Assembly (NCBI GenBank): GCA_951406725.2
Contig: OX597833.1
Span: forward strand, 33,542,001 to 33,606,000
Direction: 5' to 3'
Length of the DNA stretch: 64,000 nt
Source of the DNA: Octopus vulgaris
Taxonomy: Eukaryota
Part shown: positions 38,461 to 51,971 of the stretch, in pieces
Layout of the letters: every line of letters begins with the position of its first letter
How positions within the stretch are numbered: the first letter of the stretch is position 1
Translations under genes and position numbers: made by a program
The notes under the pieces: generated by a model
Databases searched by the model: none
What the model was told of the DNA's origin: nothing
The model's input: only the letters and a program-made list of their open reading frames with translations

Positions 38461-38789
38461 AAGTTTTATTTGAATATGTTGATAATTACTCCATACAGAT
38501 TACTTATATTTTGTGGGATGATATTGAAGATCTATAATTTCTTTGAATCCTATGCTTTTTCAGTGACAACTAGGTAAGACTGAGGAATTGTACTGCTTCA
38601 AGTACCAAAGTTTTGTGTTATTCCTTCTAGGAGCTTTCAAATGTAGATTATTTTGTATCTTTCTTTTCTTTGATATATTCCATGCAGAATTTTGATCATC
38701 TTTTTTTTAATGTACTGTTTGTTAACTTCACTTGACTTCAATTTCTCAAAAAGGAAAATCGTACAGCCACTCTCCTAGATTTTCAACTC

Positions 38790-39110
38790 AGCCAAAGTCA
38801 CTTAGTTTGCAACATACCCTGGGATCAAATTTATCAAAATCATTCACAAAGTAGTGGCATACCACTTTATATTTAATTGGTTCAACGACTACTTCAGTAT
38901 CTAGCTATAATGATGCAGAGACTGCCTAAAGCAGCTTCTAACTGGGTGAAAACTGTTCTGAGTATCACTTAGCAAGTCATTCTCCTCTGTGAAATGCAAT
39001 GAATTTCTTTTTAAGTACACCTTGCTGATATCTGAAATTAAGAAAGATAGGTCTGTAATTTTTAGCATCAGCTCTGTTTCCATGTATATGGATATGACTT
39101 ATTGGCAGTT
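38790..39110 (-). pseudogene. Decayed CR1/L2-type RT remnant
   Basis: NYRPI and ENDLLSDTQNSFHPVRSC, compare Q-x-GFR-x-GRSC. Confidence 0.5.
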
Positions 39111-39740
39111 GTTGGGGGTTGCAGTATTTTTTGCATTTGAAGAGAAAAGTCAATTTTGTGAGTCAGTTATGATATGTTAAGGTTATGCATTTTCCACAAA
39201 ACATCTTCAGTGATGGTGAGACTTAGGCCTTGTGTTTGAACTGAATATAAGGTTCTAGTTGGATGCTGTTCATCGTTAGGGAGAGGGGAGGCACAATAAT
39301 GTTGTCTTCCTATATGCTATGATTATGTCTTTTTGCTGTTGAAAGACAAAATATGCTTAAGTTCCACAGGCAGATGCTTTTACAGTTTTTTATATTATAA
39401 GGGAAGTGGTGACAAATATGTTGTGATACTTATGCTTTTTTCCATATGCATTATGTAAAGTTGTATCAGCAACATAAAGACATAATTAATGCTAAACTAG
39501 ATGAAAGGCACAATCTAGTTTTGGCAAGATTTTAACTCATGGATGGTTAAAACCACTAAGTTGCTAAATTATGACAAAACACAACAAAGAAAATAAAATA
39601 AATTCTGCATATTTTAGGAGAAGAAAGGAGAATGGAAAACATAGGAAGTTATGAGATATATGCCTTTCCATATGACAATAACATAATAAGTAAATAAACT
39701 TCAACCTAGAATTAACCACAAAGACATACGCACACACATA

Positions 39741-39806
<66 letters not shown>

Positions 39807-40025
39807 TATATAAATAATCAGAAAATAGAGAAAACCTCAGATTAACAAGCACATCGAATGGACCACATTTATAGATAATTTTTTAATACAAAGCATGACA
39901 TAAAATAGGTGACGTAACATATCTTACAGCTGTTTCTGATCGGTTACCAAAATGCTGTCTGTAAATAAATAAATAAATAGTCAGTTATTATAACCACTAA
40001 CTCTGCTTACAATTTATATATATAT

Positions 40026-40060
<35 letters not shown>

Positions 40061-40723
40061 AACACACACACACACACATACGTAAAGTTACTTTCTTTAC
40101 CATAAGATGTAATACCATAACTTATGGATATTACCATACTATTTTTTATTATTGTATTATTTTATTTTATTATTTTATCTTACTTCCTCATATGTTAGAT
40201 TCTTAACATTATGGTCTCTGCATTGAAGCTTTGGGGCTCTATTATTGTCCAACTGCTGTCCAATGTTTGTTCAGCCTTTGTACAATCCCTGTATATTACT
40301 GGTATGATGTGGAAACCTTGGCAAGTTGGAAATCCACCAAAGTAGAATCAGCTGTAAGAGTTTAGTATTTTTCACTCATTTTTTCTTATTCATTTATTTA
40401 TTTTTATTTATTTACTTGTTTATTTGCTTATTTATTTTAAATACTTATACATATGATTGTAATTAATTAAACCATAGAACCAAATGAATGTTTACAGGCT
40501 GATGTTTGTCGACTGTCTATCCTCTCCATTTTCTTATTTGCCTTATAAATTCTGGGTAAATTTCTGTTTTACCCCAACTCATACCTATTATTCAATTGTG
40601 CTACTGCCCTGCAACAGTAAGCATTTAGATATAAATACATAGGTATACATCAAGTAGTATATTTGATATTTATTATCCCTTAGATGGCTGTTTAACCTCT
40701 AACTCATACTCACACACACACAC

Positions 40724-41834
40724 ATGGGCCCCAACTATGCGAACCTGTTCGTTGGCTATGTTGAGGCCCAAATATTCTCTAGTTTCACTGGTCCCACTCC
40801 TGAACTATATGGCCGTTATATTGACGACTGTATCAGTGCCACTTCACTCTCCCATGAACATCTAGACTCCTTCCTCTCTTTCGTCAGATCTTTCCACCCT
40901 GCCCTCCACTTCTGCACTATCTCTGACACCTCTGTCTCCTTTCTTGACATTTTGGTCAGCATTCATCATTCCACTCTTACCATCTCCATCCACTACAAAC
41001 ACACAGACTCACACTCATACCTAAACTTCTCCTCCTCCCACCCCAAACACACCAAGCTTTCCATCCCCTATTCCCAATTCCTCCATCTACGCAGGCTCTT
41101 TAGTGACAACCATGACTTTGAGACTCAATTTCAACTCATCACTCGCCACTTCATCCTACGTGGATATCCTCTCACCATTATCCACACCGCCCTTGCCAGA
41201 GCACATTCCATGGACTGTGCATCTGCTCTCTGCCCCCAAATCCGCCCTGCAATCTCCCACCTCCCTTTTCCCCTCACCTACAACCCCACCAACCTACCTC
41301 TCCAACGCACCATTCTCTGAGCTTTCCAGTATCTCCAGTCCGACCCGTCCACTTCACACATCTTCCCTAACCAACCCCTCCCCTCCTTCAAACGAGCCAC
41401 AACCTACCTCCCAACCTGGCTCGTTCCCCTGCTCCCGCCCACACTGCCGCACTTGCCCTTACCTCTCCAACACCACCCTCCTCACCAGCACCCATCATCG
41501 ACCCTATCGCATCATCGACTCCTTCACCTGCACCTCCAGCAATATCATCTATTGCATCTCCTGCTCTCTCTGCCATTCCCTGTACATTGGACAAACGGGA
41601 CGCTGCTTGGCTGACCAGTTTGCGGAACACCTTTGAGACATCCACCTCGGCAATGACACCCCGGTCTCATGCCATTTCCGCTCCACCGATCACTCCTTGC
41701 AACACCTGTCTGTGTTTGGATTGTCCTTGCATAGAGGCCATCCAGACTCCTGTTTGTGCTGTGAATAGGGATTAATCTTCTCTCTTCGCTCTTTTACGCC
41801 ATTTGGGCTCAACTCTCCTCCCCTCTTCATCTAA
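40724..41834 (+). pseudogene. Penelope RT plus GIY-YIG endonuclease, disrupted
   Basis: ORFs 40724-41320 and 41103-41636 carry the motifs above with stops and frameshifts. Confidence 0.9.
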
Positions 41835-42708
41835 CCTCCTCCTCGACTCTTACTTCTCTTCACTCCTACATCTTTTCACCCCTACTCTCTTTCTCTCTTC
41901 TCTCTTACTCTCTTTCTCTCTGCTCCCTCACTCTCCTTCTCTCCTCTCTCCCCCCTCCCTCCTCATTCTTCCCATCCAACTCTCCTCTCTTGCCCCGAAT
42001 CCTACTTCTCTTCACTCCTACTTCTCTTCACTCCTACTTCTCTTCACCCCTACTCGCTTTCCCTCTTCTCTCTTACTATCTTTCTCTCTTTCTCCATTCT
42101 CTCCTACTCTCTTTCTCTCTTTCTCTCCCCTCTTTCCCTCTTCCTTCTTACTCTCTTTCCCTCTTCCCTCTTTTTCTCTCCTCACTTACCCACCTTCCCC
42201 CCCCCATAAGCCCACTCACCCCTACACATCCCTACTCCACCTTCCCTATCCTTCCCATCCCCCCATCCCATACCTCTATCTATCCAACACACCCTCCCCC
42301 ACATACCCCACCTCTACCCCCACCCTCTGCCTACCCACAAACCCCAATTCTACCCCAACCCTCAGCCGAACCCAAACCCCACTCTCGCCTTCCCCACCTC
42401 ACAACAACATCACACCACACCACACTACACCATACAACATTACACATCACATCACTACACACCACCCACACACCCATCCCCTCATCTTCACACCTACACA
42501 TACATACACGCACATGTTCAGACCACTAGTCCTCTTTCACATGCACATACATACTCTCTTATACACACACACCTTCGTGTTGGGGGTCATCTTCACTTTG
42601 TTATCTCCCCTACTTTCCTTCTCGTGTGTGACCCTTCTGTCCAAGTCAGACGGCATGATATATCGTTAGCCACTACACACATTTTTTTCTCTCCTTGTTT
42701 TCTGTGTC

Positions 42709-42746
42709 CCTTTCTGTTGAAGAGCGTAGGCTCGAAACATAAAAGA
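42709..42746 (+). ncRNA. Minimal hammerhead-like motif in the Penelope pseudo-LTR, variant core
   Basis: CTTT-CTGTTGAA-GAGC-GTAG-GCTC-GAAAC-ATA-AAAG. Confidence 0.6.
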
Positions 42747-42950
42747 CTTTTTCTATTCCTGAGCGTTATACTAATGCATATGTTTGTTTTGTACGCCACC
42801 CGTCTTCGTCCTTTGTTTTTTCCATAAACCCTCCCTATATATATATATATGTGTGTGTGTGTGTATGTATGTATATATGTATATATATGTATATATATAC
42901 ATGTATATATATATATATACATGTATATATATATATATATACATATATAC

Positions 42951-43052
<102 letters not shown>

Positions 43053-43161
43053 TATATAAATATATGTATATTTATATGTATATATATATATGTATGTATA
43101 TTTATATGTACATATATATATGTAGATATATAGGTGTCCATATGTATATTTGTGTATATAT

Positions 43162-44336
43162 ATAGTTTAGAGAAGATGCAGTTTTGATTTGTGGCAAGGA
43201 AAAGCACCACTGATGCTACATTTCTGTTAAGACAGTTACAGGAGAAATTCTTAGCCAAAGATAAACCTCTGTACCAGGCTTTCGTTGACATGGATAAAGC
43301 CTTTGGCAAGGTCCCCCGATCCCTTATCAGATGGTCAATGTGGAAACTAGGGATAGATGAGTGGCTAGTGAGCACTGTACGAACCATGTACATGGACGCT
43401 GTCAGTGAGATGAGAGTTGGCAATGAGTACAGTGAAAAATTCAAGTAAGCGTAGGGGTCCACCAAGGATCAGTCCTCAGCCTTCTCTTATTCATCATAGT
43501 CTTCCAGGCAATAACAGATGAATTCAAGACAAGATGCACCCGGGATCTTATCAATGCTGATGACCTTGCTCTATCAAAACTAGAGGTGTTTCAGGTGTGG
43601 AAGCAATTAGAGTCAATTTAGTTCAAACCAAAGTCTTAATAAGTAGGAAGGCAGACAAAATCACAAATCCCTTTAGGTAAATGGCTCTGCTTGATCTCTA
43701 AAAAAGGCATAGGTAGAAACTCCATAAAATGTACCCAGTGTAAGCTGCGGACATAAAAGGTGCAACAATATCAAAGGAAGGCTAACTGGGAAGATAGTTT
43801 TTGTATGTGGCAAATGCTCAGGGGCAATAAACACTGAAAATGTGCAGAGAACAGCTTCTGTCACATGCCAATGGGAAAACTAGAAGTGTTGATAGCTTCC
43901 ATCACTTAGGTGACCAAGTCAGTAGCAGGGGTGGATGCTCTGAGAGTGTAGCTGCTAGAATAAGAATAGCCTGGGCAAAGTTCAGAGCTCCTACCTCTGC
44001 TGGTGACAAAGGGCCACTCGCCCAGAGTAAAAGGTAGACTGTATGATGCATGTATGCGAACAGCTATACTACATGCCAGTGAAATATGGGCCATGACTGT
44101 TGAGGACATGCATAGGCTTGCAAGGAATGAAGTTTGTATGCTCCGCTGGATGTGTAATGTCAGTGTGCATACACAACAGAGTGTAAGTGCCCTGAGAGAA
44201 AAGTTGGACTTAAGAGGCATCAGATGTGGTGTGCAAAAGAGACAACTGTGCTGGTATGGTCATGTGTGACAAATGGATGAGGACAGCTGTGTGAAAAAGT
44301 GTCACACCCTAGCAGTAGAGAGAAAATGTGGAAGGT
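43162..44336 (+). mobile_element. RTE LINE fragment, PHD-insert family
   Basis: [67 protein letters not shown]. Confidence 0.92.
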
Positions 44337-44896
44337 AAATAAAATAAACAATATAACAGGATTGTTTTATAGAACTAGATACCAGTAGATTTGAATTTAA
44401 GAATTTATGAAATATCAGCTTATTTATTATTAAGCTCAGCCTTAGTATAGTGTTTGAAATGCATTAAACTTATAGAAAATATTTACTTGCTATTTTCGTA
44501 AAATATTTTAAGAATATATGTCTGTGTGAAGAAACCTCATTATATTTTTTTGAAAAAAGGTAATTTGTAATCTTAAACAAAGCCTAGTTAATGAAGTAGA
44601 AACAGCTGTAACTTGATTTGTCATTTGTTTATAGAGAAATAATAAAACTGGATTGCATTTATCATTTATTGATTCACTTATTGAATTTATTTTGTTTCCA
44701 TTTCTAATTTATATGTATATGTATTTATGTATGCATTATTATGTATTGTGAGTTTATTTCTTTTTTTTTTCCCATCTGTGATTTTATTTTTGATTTTCTA
44801 TATAAATGAAGATATTTTCTCTGTCTATCTGTTTCTCTTTCTACAAAATGAGAAGTTACATTGGGGAACTATAATTTTAACAATTTATTTCTATTT

Positions 44897-45002
44897 ATCA
44901 CCTGACAAGATATGTCTGCACCGCCAGATGCTCCTGAACCTGTGGTTGAGTGTCCCACCCATGAGACATCAATGCTAGATGTGTTGAAACAATTGTCGTG
45001 AT
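44897..45002 (+). ncRNA. Type I hammerhead-like motif, all three stems visible, CpG-decayed
   Basis: Stem I ATCAC/GTGAT; core CTGACAA; stem II GATATGTCT/AGATGTGTT; GAAAC-AATT-GTC with ACAATTGT palindrome. Confidence 0.65.
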
Positions 45003-45086
45003 TAATCATTTCTCATATATTCCATCTTTCATTTGTCATATACATAACAGGTGAAAACCAATCATTTCATTATGTGTTTGTGTGTG

Positions 45087-45134
<48 letters not shown>

Positions 45135-45220
45135 TGTGTCTGTGTCTGTGTCTGTCTCTGTGTGTGTATGTGTGTATGTATAGATGTATATGTACAAATG
45201 TATATGTGTATATGTGTGTG

Positions 45221-45267
<47 letters not shown>

Positions 45268-45290
45268 GCATGTATGTATATAAGTATATG

Positions 45291-45495
45291 TACCGGAGAA
45301 AGCACATAAATGTAAAACAAGGTGGAAAAATGTACTCAAATACCAGAGGTAGAGTAATATGCTTTATTTAAAAACACCAGAAATATTGTTACTCAGAGTT
45401 TCACGTTCCAGTTCTAACAAAACTGACCGACGAACGGGAACGTGAAACTCTGAGTAACAGTTTTTGTGATATTTCTGCTGCTTTTAAATTAAATA
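45291..45495. mobile_element. Short Penelope-like pseudo-LTR in an inverted arrangement
   Basis: TGTTACTCAGAGTTTCACGTTCC (45387-45409) is the exact reverse complement of 45437-45459; homology extends outward. Confidence 0.7.
45421..45462 (+). ncRNA. Minimal hammerhead-like motif with CCGACGA core
   Basis: AACTG(A)-CCGACGA-ACG-GGAA-CGT-GAAA-CTC-T-GAG-TA-(A)CAGTT. Confidence 0.6.
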
Positions 45496-45707
45496 TATGA
45501 ATATATATGCATGTATATATGTATATGTATATATGTATATGCATGTATATATGTATATGTATACATATATGTATATATGTATATATATGTATGTATATAT
45601 GTATATGTATATACGTATGTATATATGTATATGTATATATGTATATGTATATATGTATGTATGTATATATGTATATGTATGTATATATGTATAAGTATAT
45701 ATGTATA

Positions 45708-45927
45708 AGGCGGCGAGCTGGCAGAAACGTTAGCATGCCAGGTGAAATGCTTAGTGGTATTTCATCTGTCTTTACGTTCTAAGTTCAAATTCTGCTGAGG
45801 TCCACTTTGCCTTTCATCCTTTCGGGGTCGATAAATTAAGTACCAGTTGCATACTGGGGTTGGTCTAATCAACTGCCCCCACTCCCCAAAAGTTTAGAGC
45901 CTTGTGCCTAGAGTAGAAAAGAGTATA
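45708..45927 (+). mobile_element. SINE family A, full length
   Basis: GGCGGCGAGCTGGCAGAAACGTTAG head, B-box and family body. Confidence 0.9.
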
Positions 45928-46260
45928 AGTATATATGTATATATGTGGGTGTATATATATACATGTGTGTGTGTATATGTACAAGAAATTAAAACATGAA
46001 CTGGTATATTTATGACCAGACTCAAAAGTCGTACAATTTTTTAAAAAAAGCATTGAGAAGAATTGGATGATGTTCCGTAATATTCATGTTTTTCTGGCAA
46101 GTAAGTATGAACATCTTTGGGTCAAGTTAACATGTGTGAGCTAAGAATGGAAGTGAAAACCAAACACAAAAGATCTACACAATATTAATAAATAACATTC
46201 CTTTTATTTCTACATTCTACCAACACTACCACCTCTTGTGGTTGCACACACACACACAAA

Positions 46261-46332
<72 letters not shown>

Positions 46333-46617
46333 TGTACACAGATACACACAAAATATTGATAATGACTTCATAATTAGATGTGAAATGTCAGAGTCATGGT
46401 GAGAGGAGAAATGGTAAGTTGTAAGTATTAGTTCAAATGCTTTTAGTACAACACTTTGTCAGTTCTGCCAACTCAACTCTCTTCCGTAACTGAATAATAA
46501 GTGAGGATATATATGTAAAAATAAATTAGATAGATAGATAGATACATACATGCATACATACATACAGGCATACATACATACATGCATACATACACACACA
46601 CATACATAGATACATAT

Positions 46618-46651
<34 letters not shown>

Positions 46652-47161
46652 TCACATACATACATACATACATACATATATACATACATACATAGGCAGG
46701 CAGGCAGGCAGAATGAGTTTGTTAAAGGGATAAAAATATAAACGAACAAATAAAAACAAGTACAATAAGTTGAAAGGAGAGGATGCTGTTTTGTAAAGCA
46801 TCACTTCTTCTCAGACCTGTGAATTTATCTGCTTCCAATAGCTTTTATGCAGGCACACACGTGTTTGCATTTTCTCACGCAAACACTTACACATACACAC
46901 ATGCACATGCTCACACAGATACATTCATACATCTGTTTACATTTATATATACATATATTTTCTTTTCTTTTGCTTGTTTCAGTCATTTTGATTGCAGCCA
47001 TGCTGGAGCACCACCTTTAATTGAGCAAATCGACCCTAGAACTTATTCTTTGTCAGCCTAGTGCTTATTCTATCGGTCTGTTTTGCTGAACCGCTATGTC
47101 AAAAGGACATAAACTCACCACCATATATATACATATATATGTACATATATATATATATATA

Positions 47162-47655
47162 CTAGCAGTATCACCCGGCGTTGCTCAGGTTTGTAAGGGA
47201 AATAACTATATAAGCATTTTTAGAGAGTTACTTCCCTTATAGATGCCAATTCGGGCTTTCTTAGCCATTTCTGTTTTGGTGTCTTCAAGCCATGAAGTCG
47301 TTGTTCTAAAAGAACGCTGGTCTCCTTGACAACGCATTACGACGTTGATTTCTTTACACTCCCTTCCCCACAGCTTCACGAGGGAGGGAAGGGGGAGAAG
47401 CAAACAGGTGCAGCTGTGAGCGTGGACGCCAACTCCGCCGCCATCGACACACGAAAAATTATGCATTAAAAAGGAATAAAAAATGATGTTAAATTATTTT
47501 TAAAATCGTAGACTCATCGTTGACGCGCGCTAATAGCCAGACATGCTCGATATGAATCACGACTATAAGATACCCGAATTTGGTTAAACTGCACCGCAAA
47601 ATGTGGGAGGAGTTAGGAATCTAAATCGAAGGGGACAGACACTCACACAACTACA

Positions 47656-47685
<30 letters not shown>
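47162..47685 (-). mobile_element. Non-autonomous Helitron, second family
   Basis: Minus-strand hairpin ACCTGAGCAACGCCGGGT then CTAG-T; 5' end merges into (TA)n with the CAGTTTTATATA motif. Confidence 0.8.
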
Positions 47686-47691
<6 letters not shown>

Positions 47692-47865
47692 GTATATGAA
47701 AGAATGGAGTTGAACGCCTAGTTAACAAATATCCTTTATTCTCGACATGTTTCGAAGGCTGCATATTCCTAATTCCGAAGGTATTGCTACCCAGGTATCG
47801 GTTATCTTTCGAATTATCCTTAATAAGATAATTCATTCAATAACTCAAATATATATATATATATA

Positions 47866-48055
47866 CTGCACGCATTTTTTTTTCTCTCCTTCTTTCTGTG
47901 TTTTTCTCTCTCTGTGTATCTTTCTGTTGAAGAGCGTAGGCTCGAAACGTTAAAGACTTGTTTTATTTATATTTCCTGAGCGCCATACTAATACATTTGT
48001 TCGTTTGTTTTCCACCTGCCTTCGTCTTTTGTTTATTTTCATAAAGCTTCCCGTT
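47866..48055 (+). mobile_element. Solo Penelope pseudo-LTR with hammerhead-like motif at 47919-47956
   Basis: TCTTT-CTGTTGAA-GAGC-GTAG-GCTC-GAAAC-GTT-AAAGA; homologous to 42670-42836; (TA)n on both sides. Confidence 0.8.
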
Positions 48056-48147
48056 ATATATATATATATATATATATATACATACATATTTATATATACA
48101 TATATATATTTATATATATTTATATATATATATACACATATATACAC

Positions 48148-48186
<39 letters not shown>

Positions 48187-48716
48187 TACACACACAGACA
48201 CATACATACACGAAGTGCTTCAACACATTTGCCATTAACCAAATTCCTTTACAAGACATTGGTTAGCCTAAGCTTTAGTAGAAGTTACTTGCCCAAAGTG
48301 CCATGCAGTAGGACTGAACCCAAGACCTCATGATTGCAAATCAAGTTTCTTAACTGTACAATCATGTCTGTACCTATAAATATATTTATTTCTTTATTAC
48401 CCATAAGGGGCTAAACATTGAAGGGACAAACAAGGACAGACAAAGCGATTCAGTTGATTACATTGACCCCAGTGCGTAACTGGTACTTATTTAATTGAGT
48501 CTGCAAGGATAAAAAGCAAAGTCGACCTCAGTGGAATTTGAACTCAGAACATAATGGCAAACGAAATACCGCTAAGCATTTCATCTGGCGTGCAAACAAT
48601 TCTGCCAGCTTGCCTATGAATTTATAAAAATATACAGACGCACAAACACACACACACACACCTATGAAAGACAGCTTTTAATAGAATATGCATGTATATG
48701 ATGGGTGCATATCCAT

Positions 48717-48749
<33 letters not shown>

Positions 48750-49581
48750 ATGTATGTGTGTTTGTGGGTGTGTTTGTATAAATATATATGTTTATTGTGA
48801 GAACATAGATATAACACTCAGATTTATTACTACATTCCAATGTGAGAAAAAATACTACACCCCCATGCTGGCAGATAACAACAACAACATTGTCGTCATC
48901 ATCATCAGTATAATCATCATCATCATTGTTAAGGACTACAACAAGAATACCATCAATAACAAATAACAAAAAAACAAACAAGACAAAATATAGAACTGCA
49001 AACAAACAAACAAATAATAAAATAGTCTTCCAAACAGCAGTGCTATATTTACTATTAATCTATTTCTTGCAGCAACCAGTGCAGAGTTCCCTAATTAGGC
49101 TCAAGAAATTCTACCTAACAGCAGCAGCAGTAGCAGCAGTTTCTGGTGAAGGTTTTAAGCCATCAAAGAAATCAAATCAAAAATACACACACACACACAC
49201 ACACACGCACACATACACACACACACACACACACACAGATATGCATGTGTATATGTGTGTGTGTGTGTGTGTTTCAGTTTGTGTTTGTGTATATGAATGC
49301 TCTCATGCATGACAAATTTACCATTCAGGCTGCAGTGTTCATGCTCATGGTTATTTTTATTCATTAAATACATTTGTGTATAACTATATATATATATATA
49401 TATATTTATTAGGAAGGGCATCCTGGCGTTAGGAAAGGCATCCAGCCGTAGAAACACTGCCGGATTTGACTGGGCCTGATGAAGCCTCCTGGCTTCACAG
49501 ACCCCAGTAGAACCGTCCAACCTATGCTAGCATGGAAAACGGACGCTAAACGATGATGATGATGATGATGATATATATATA

Positions 49582-49626
<45 letters not shown>

Positions 49627-50326
49627 CCCATGCTGCCAGCATGGACAACAGATGTTAAATGACAATAGGCGCAGGCATGGTTGTGTGGCAAGAAGCTTGT
49701 GTCACAACCATATGGTTTTGTGCTCGGTCTCATTGCATTGCACCTTGGGCAAGTATCTTCTGCTATAGCCTTGGGCTGACCAAAGCCATGTGAATGGGTT
49801 TGGTAGACAGAATCAAAAAGAAGCTCATTGTAAGTGTGTATATGTGTGTGTGTATGCGTGTATGCATGTGTGTGTGCATGTATGTATATGCATGGGTTTG
49901 TTATTAAGAGGTTTGGTTCCCATCTACATGGTTTCAAATTCAGTCTCACTGTGCAGTACCTTGGTTAAGTGCCCTCTACTTTAGAACTGGGTTGACTAAA
50001 GTCTTAGATGTGGAATTAGTAGATGGAAACTTAAAGAAGCCCATCATGCATATATGTGTAGGTATATTCACATATGTGCCCTCATGTGTGACTGTTTGCT
50101 TATTTTGAATTTGCACTCTTAAAATTGCAATCTATCAAGAGTGACAGTGTTGCCTTGTCAAATCATTTGCTGGCTTAGCATCTTCAAAAGCAAGTGAAAT
50201 ATGTGATCTCTTACTTGAAAAAAAGAGAAGTGTTAGCATCAGACAGAGCATCTGACTGTAAAACAATGCTTTAATAATGATTTTAACCATGATAGCATGA
50301 AAAAATGGATATGAAAAATCAACAAA

Positions 50327-50373
<47 letters not shown>

Positions 50374-50894
50374 ATGTATGTATGTATGTATGTATGTATG
50401 TATGTATGTATGTATGCATGCATGCATGTATATATGTATGTATGTATATATGTATGTATGTGTGTGTGTGTGCGTATGTATGTATGTATGTATGTATATA
50501 TGCGTTTATGTGTGTGTGCCTTTGTGTCTGTGTCTGTCTCCCACCACCCACTTGATAACTGATGTTGGTGTGTTTACATCCCCCATAACTTAGCAGTTCA
50601 TCAAAAGAGACCAAAAGAATAAGTACTAGGCTTTAAAAAATGTCCTGGGGTTGATTTGTTCAACTATGACCCTTCAAAACAATGCCCCAGCAGGGCTGCA
50701 GTCAAATGACTGAAACAAGTGAAAGATAAAAGATATCTATAAATATATATTAGTTGAGCAGTCCATTTTTGCCAGGTAGTTTTCACTATAGAATGCCTTT
50801 ATTTCAATTATTTTTATTCCATGCCAGACCATGTCTTTCCCAACAGATAGGCCTCTTGATCAGGATGAGTTTTTACATTATTTGGGGCAACTTA

Positions 50895-51190
50895 TAATGT
50901 CTTGATAAACAAAGTTTTTTTGTTTTTCCCTTTGGTGCATAAAGATTTTTCTTACTTCTTACTCTTCAAAATTCAAAATAAAGCTTAGAATCTTTGGTGA
51001 AGCAGGGCTCTTCAAAGTCTAAACCAGTATCCAAAGAATTTTGCCCTTGCAATTCATTGATGGTCATGGTAAAACTAAGATTCATTGGAAGTTGAAGTCA
51101 TTTGGATTGAAATGGGACATTGTCTCCTGAGTTTGTGCAACAGAGGCTCTTGGGTGCTCATCATCTAATCAATGCACCCGATGCTTAGGT
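50895..51190 (-). pseudogene. Helitron PIF1-like helicase C-terminal remnant
   Basis: PFQSK*LQLPMNLSFTMTINELQGQ...GLDFEEPCF...RVRSKKNLYAPKGKTK, compare QFP-x-x-L-x-FAMTINK-x-QGQ. Confidence 0.75.
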
Positions 51191-51697
51191 GTTCCTTCAT
51201 GTGATGGAAGCTGGTGTTTACATTTCAAGTCTATTCCTTCTCTGTTTGGGTGTCCCCTCAGCTTGCTGCTGATGCTTTGTGAGGGTCTTTTGACTCTGTC
51301 CCCTTGATGAAATTCTTTACATGCATGCATACACCCCCACCACACATACGCAAGCATACACACACTCAGCATGAGAGATGATTTACAAATAGAGAAAAAG
51401 TGAGGGAGAGTGTGGTAAATATATATATTGAGGCAGAAAGTTTACAATGACAAAAGCATAAAAGACAGAGAGAGATACATAGGCAGACACAACACACACA
51501 TCCTTTTGTCCTATGTTGCTGACTTGCATTACATGTCATATCAAGAGAAAGGGAGAGAAACAGTATGTGTGAGAGATATACATATATAGAGAGAGAATGT
51601 GATAAATATATATAGAGAGGAGGAAAGTGTAAAAGACAGAGAGAGATAAATAGATAGAGGTAAATAGACAGACAGTTATTAGCACATACTTAGACAT

Positions 51698-51730
<33 letters not shown>

Positions 51731-51971
51731 ACATACAAATGTATACACATTCAGGCAATCATGTGTTTAAGATGGCAGCTTCTAAAGGCATTCAATGTTG
51801 GCAATCTGGAAACTGAGTTATTTCTCAAAGCAAATTATGTTCTTTGATTACTAACACCAAAAACCTTCCCCTTGGGATGTGAATTTTGAAAATCAAATCT
51901 GCTTTTCTTTAGATACACTGTTTTGGAGCCTTTCAGCAACACATATACAAACACATGTACACTCACATTTG

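Larger units (their letters stand above)
40724..42836 (+). mobile_element. Penelope-like element (Neptune-type), 5'-truncated, with CT-rich 3' region and pseudo-LTR
   Basis: RT MGPNYANLF, YGRYIDD, FLDI, SSHP; Cys linker CSRPHCRTC; GIY-YIG NIIYCISCSLCHSLYIGQTG; frame ends GLNSPPLFI* at 41834. Confidence 0.93.

Noticed and set aside
41803-42669. 288-aa Leu/Ser/Pro-rich ORF
   Set aside because: Pyrimidine-rich 3' region of the Penelope element; stop-poor by composition
49475-49500. CTGATGA-AGCC-TCCT-GGCT as a hammerhead
   Set aside because: Followed by TCAC instead of GAAA; lies in an RTE tail whose other copies lack the core
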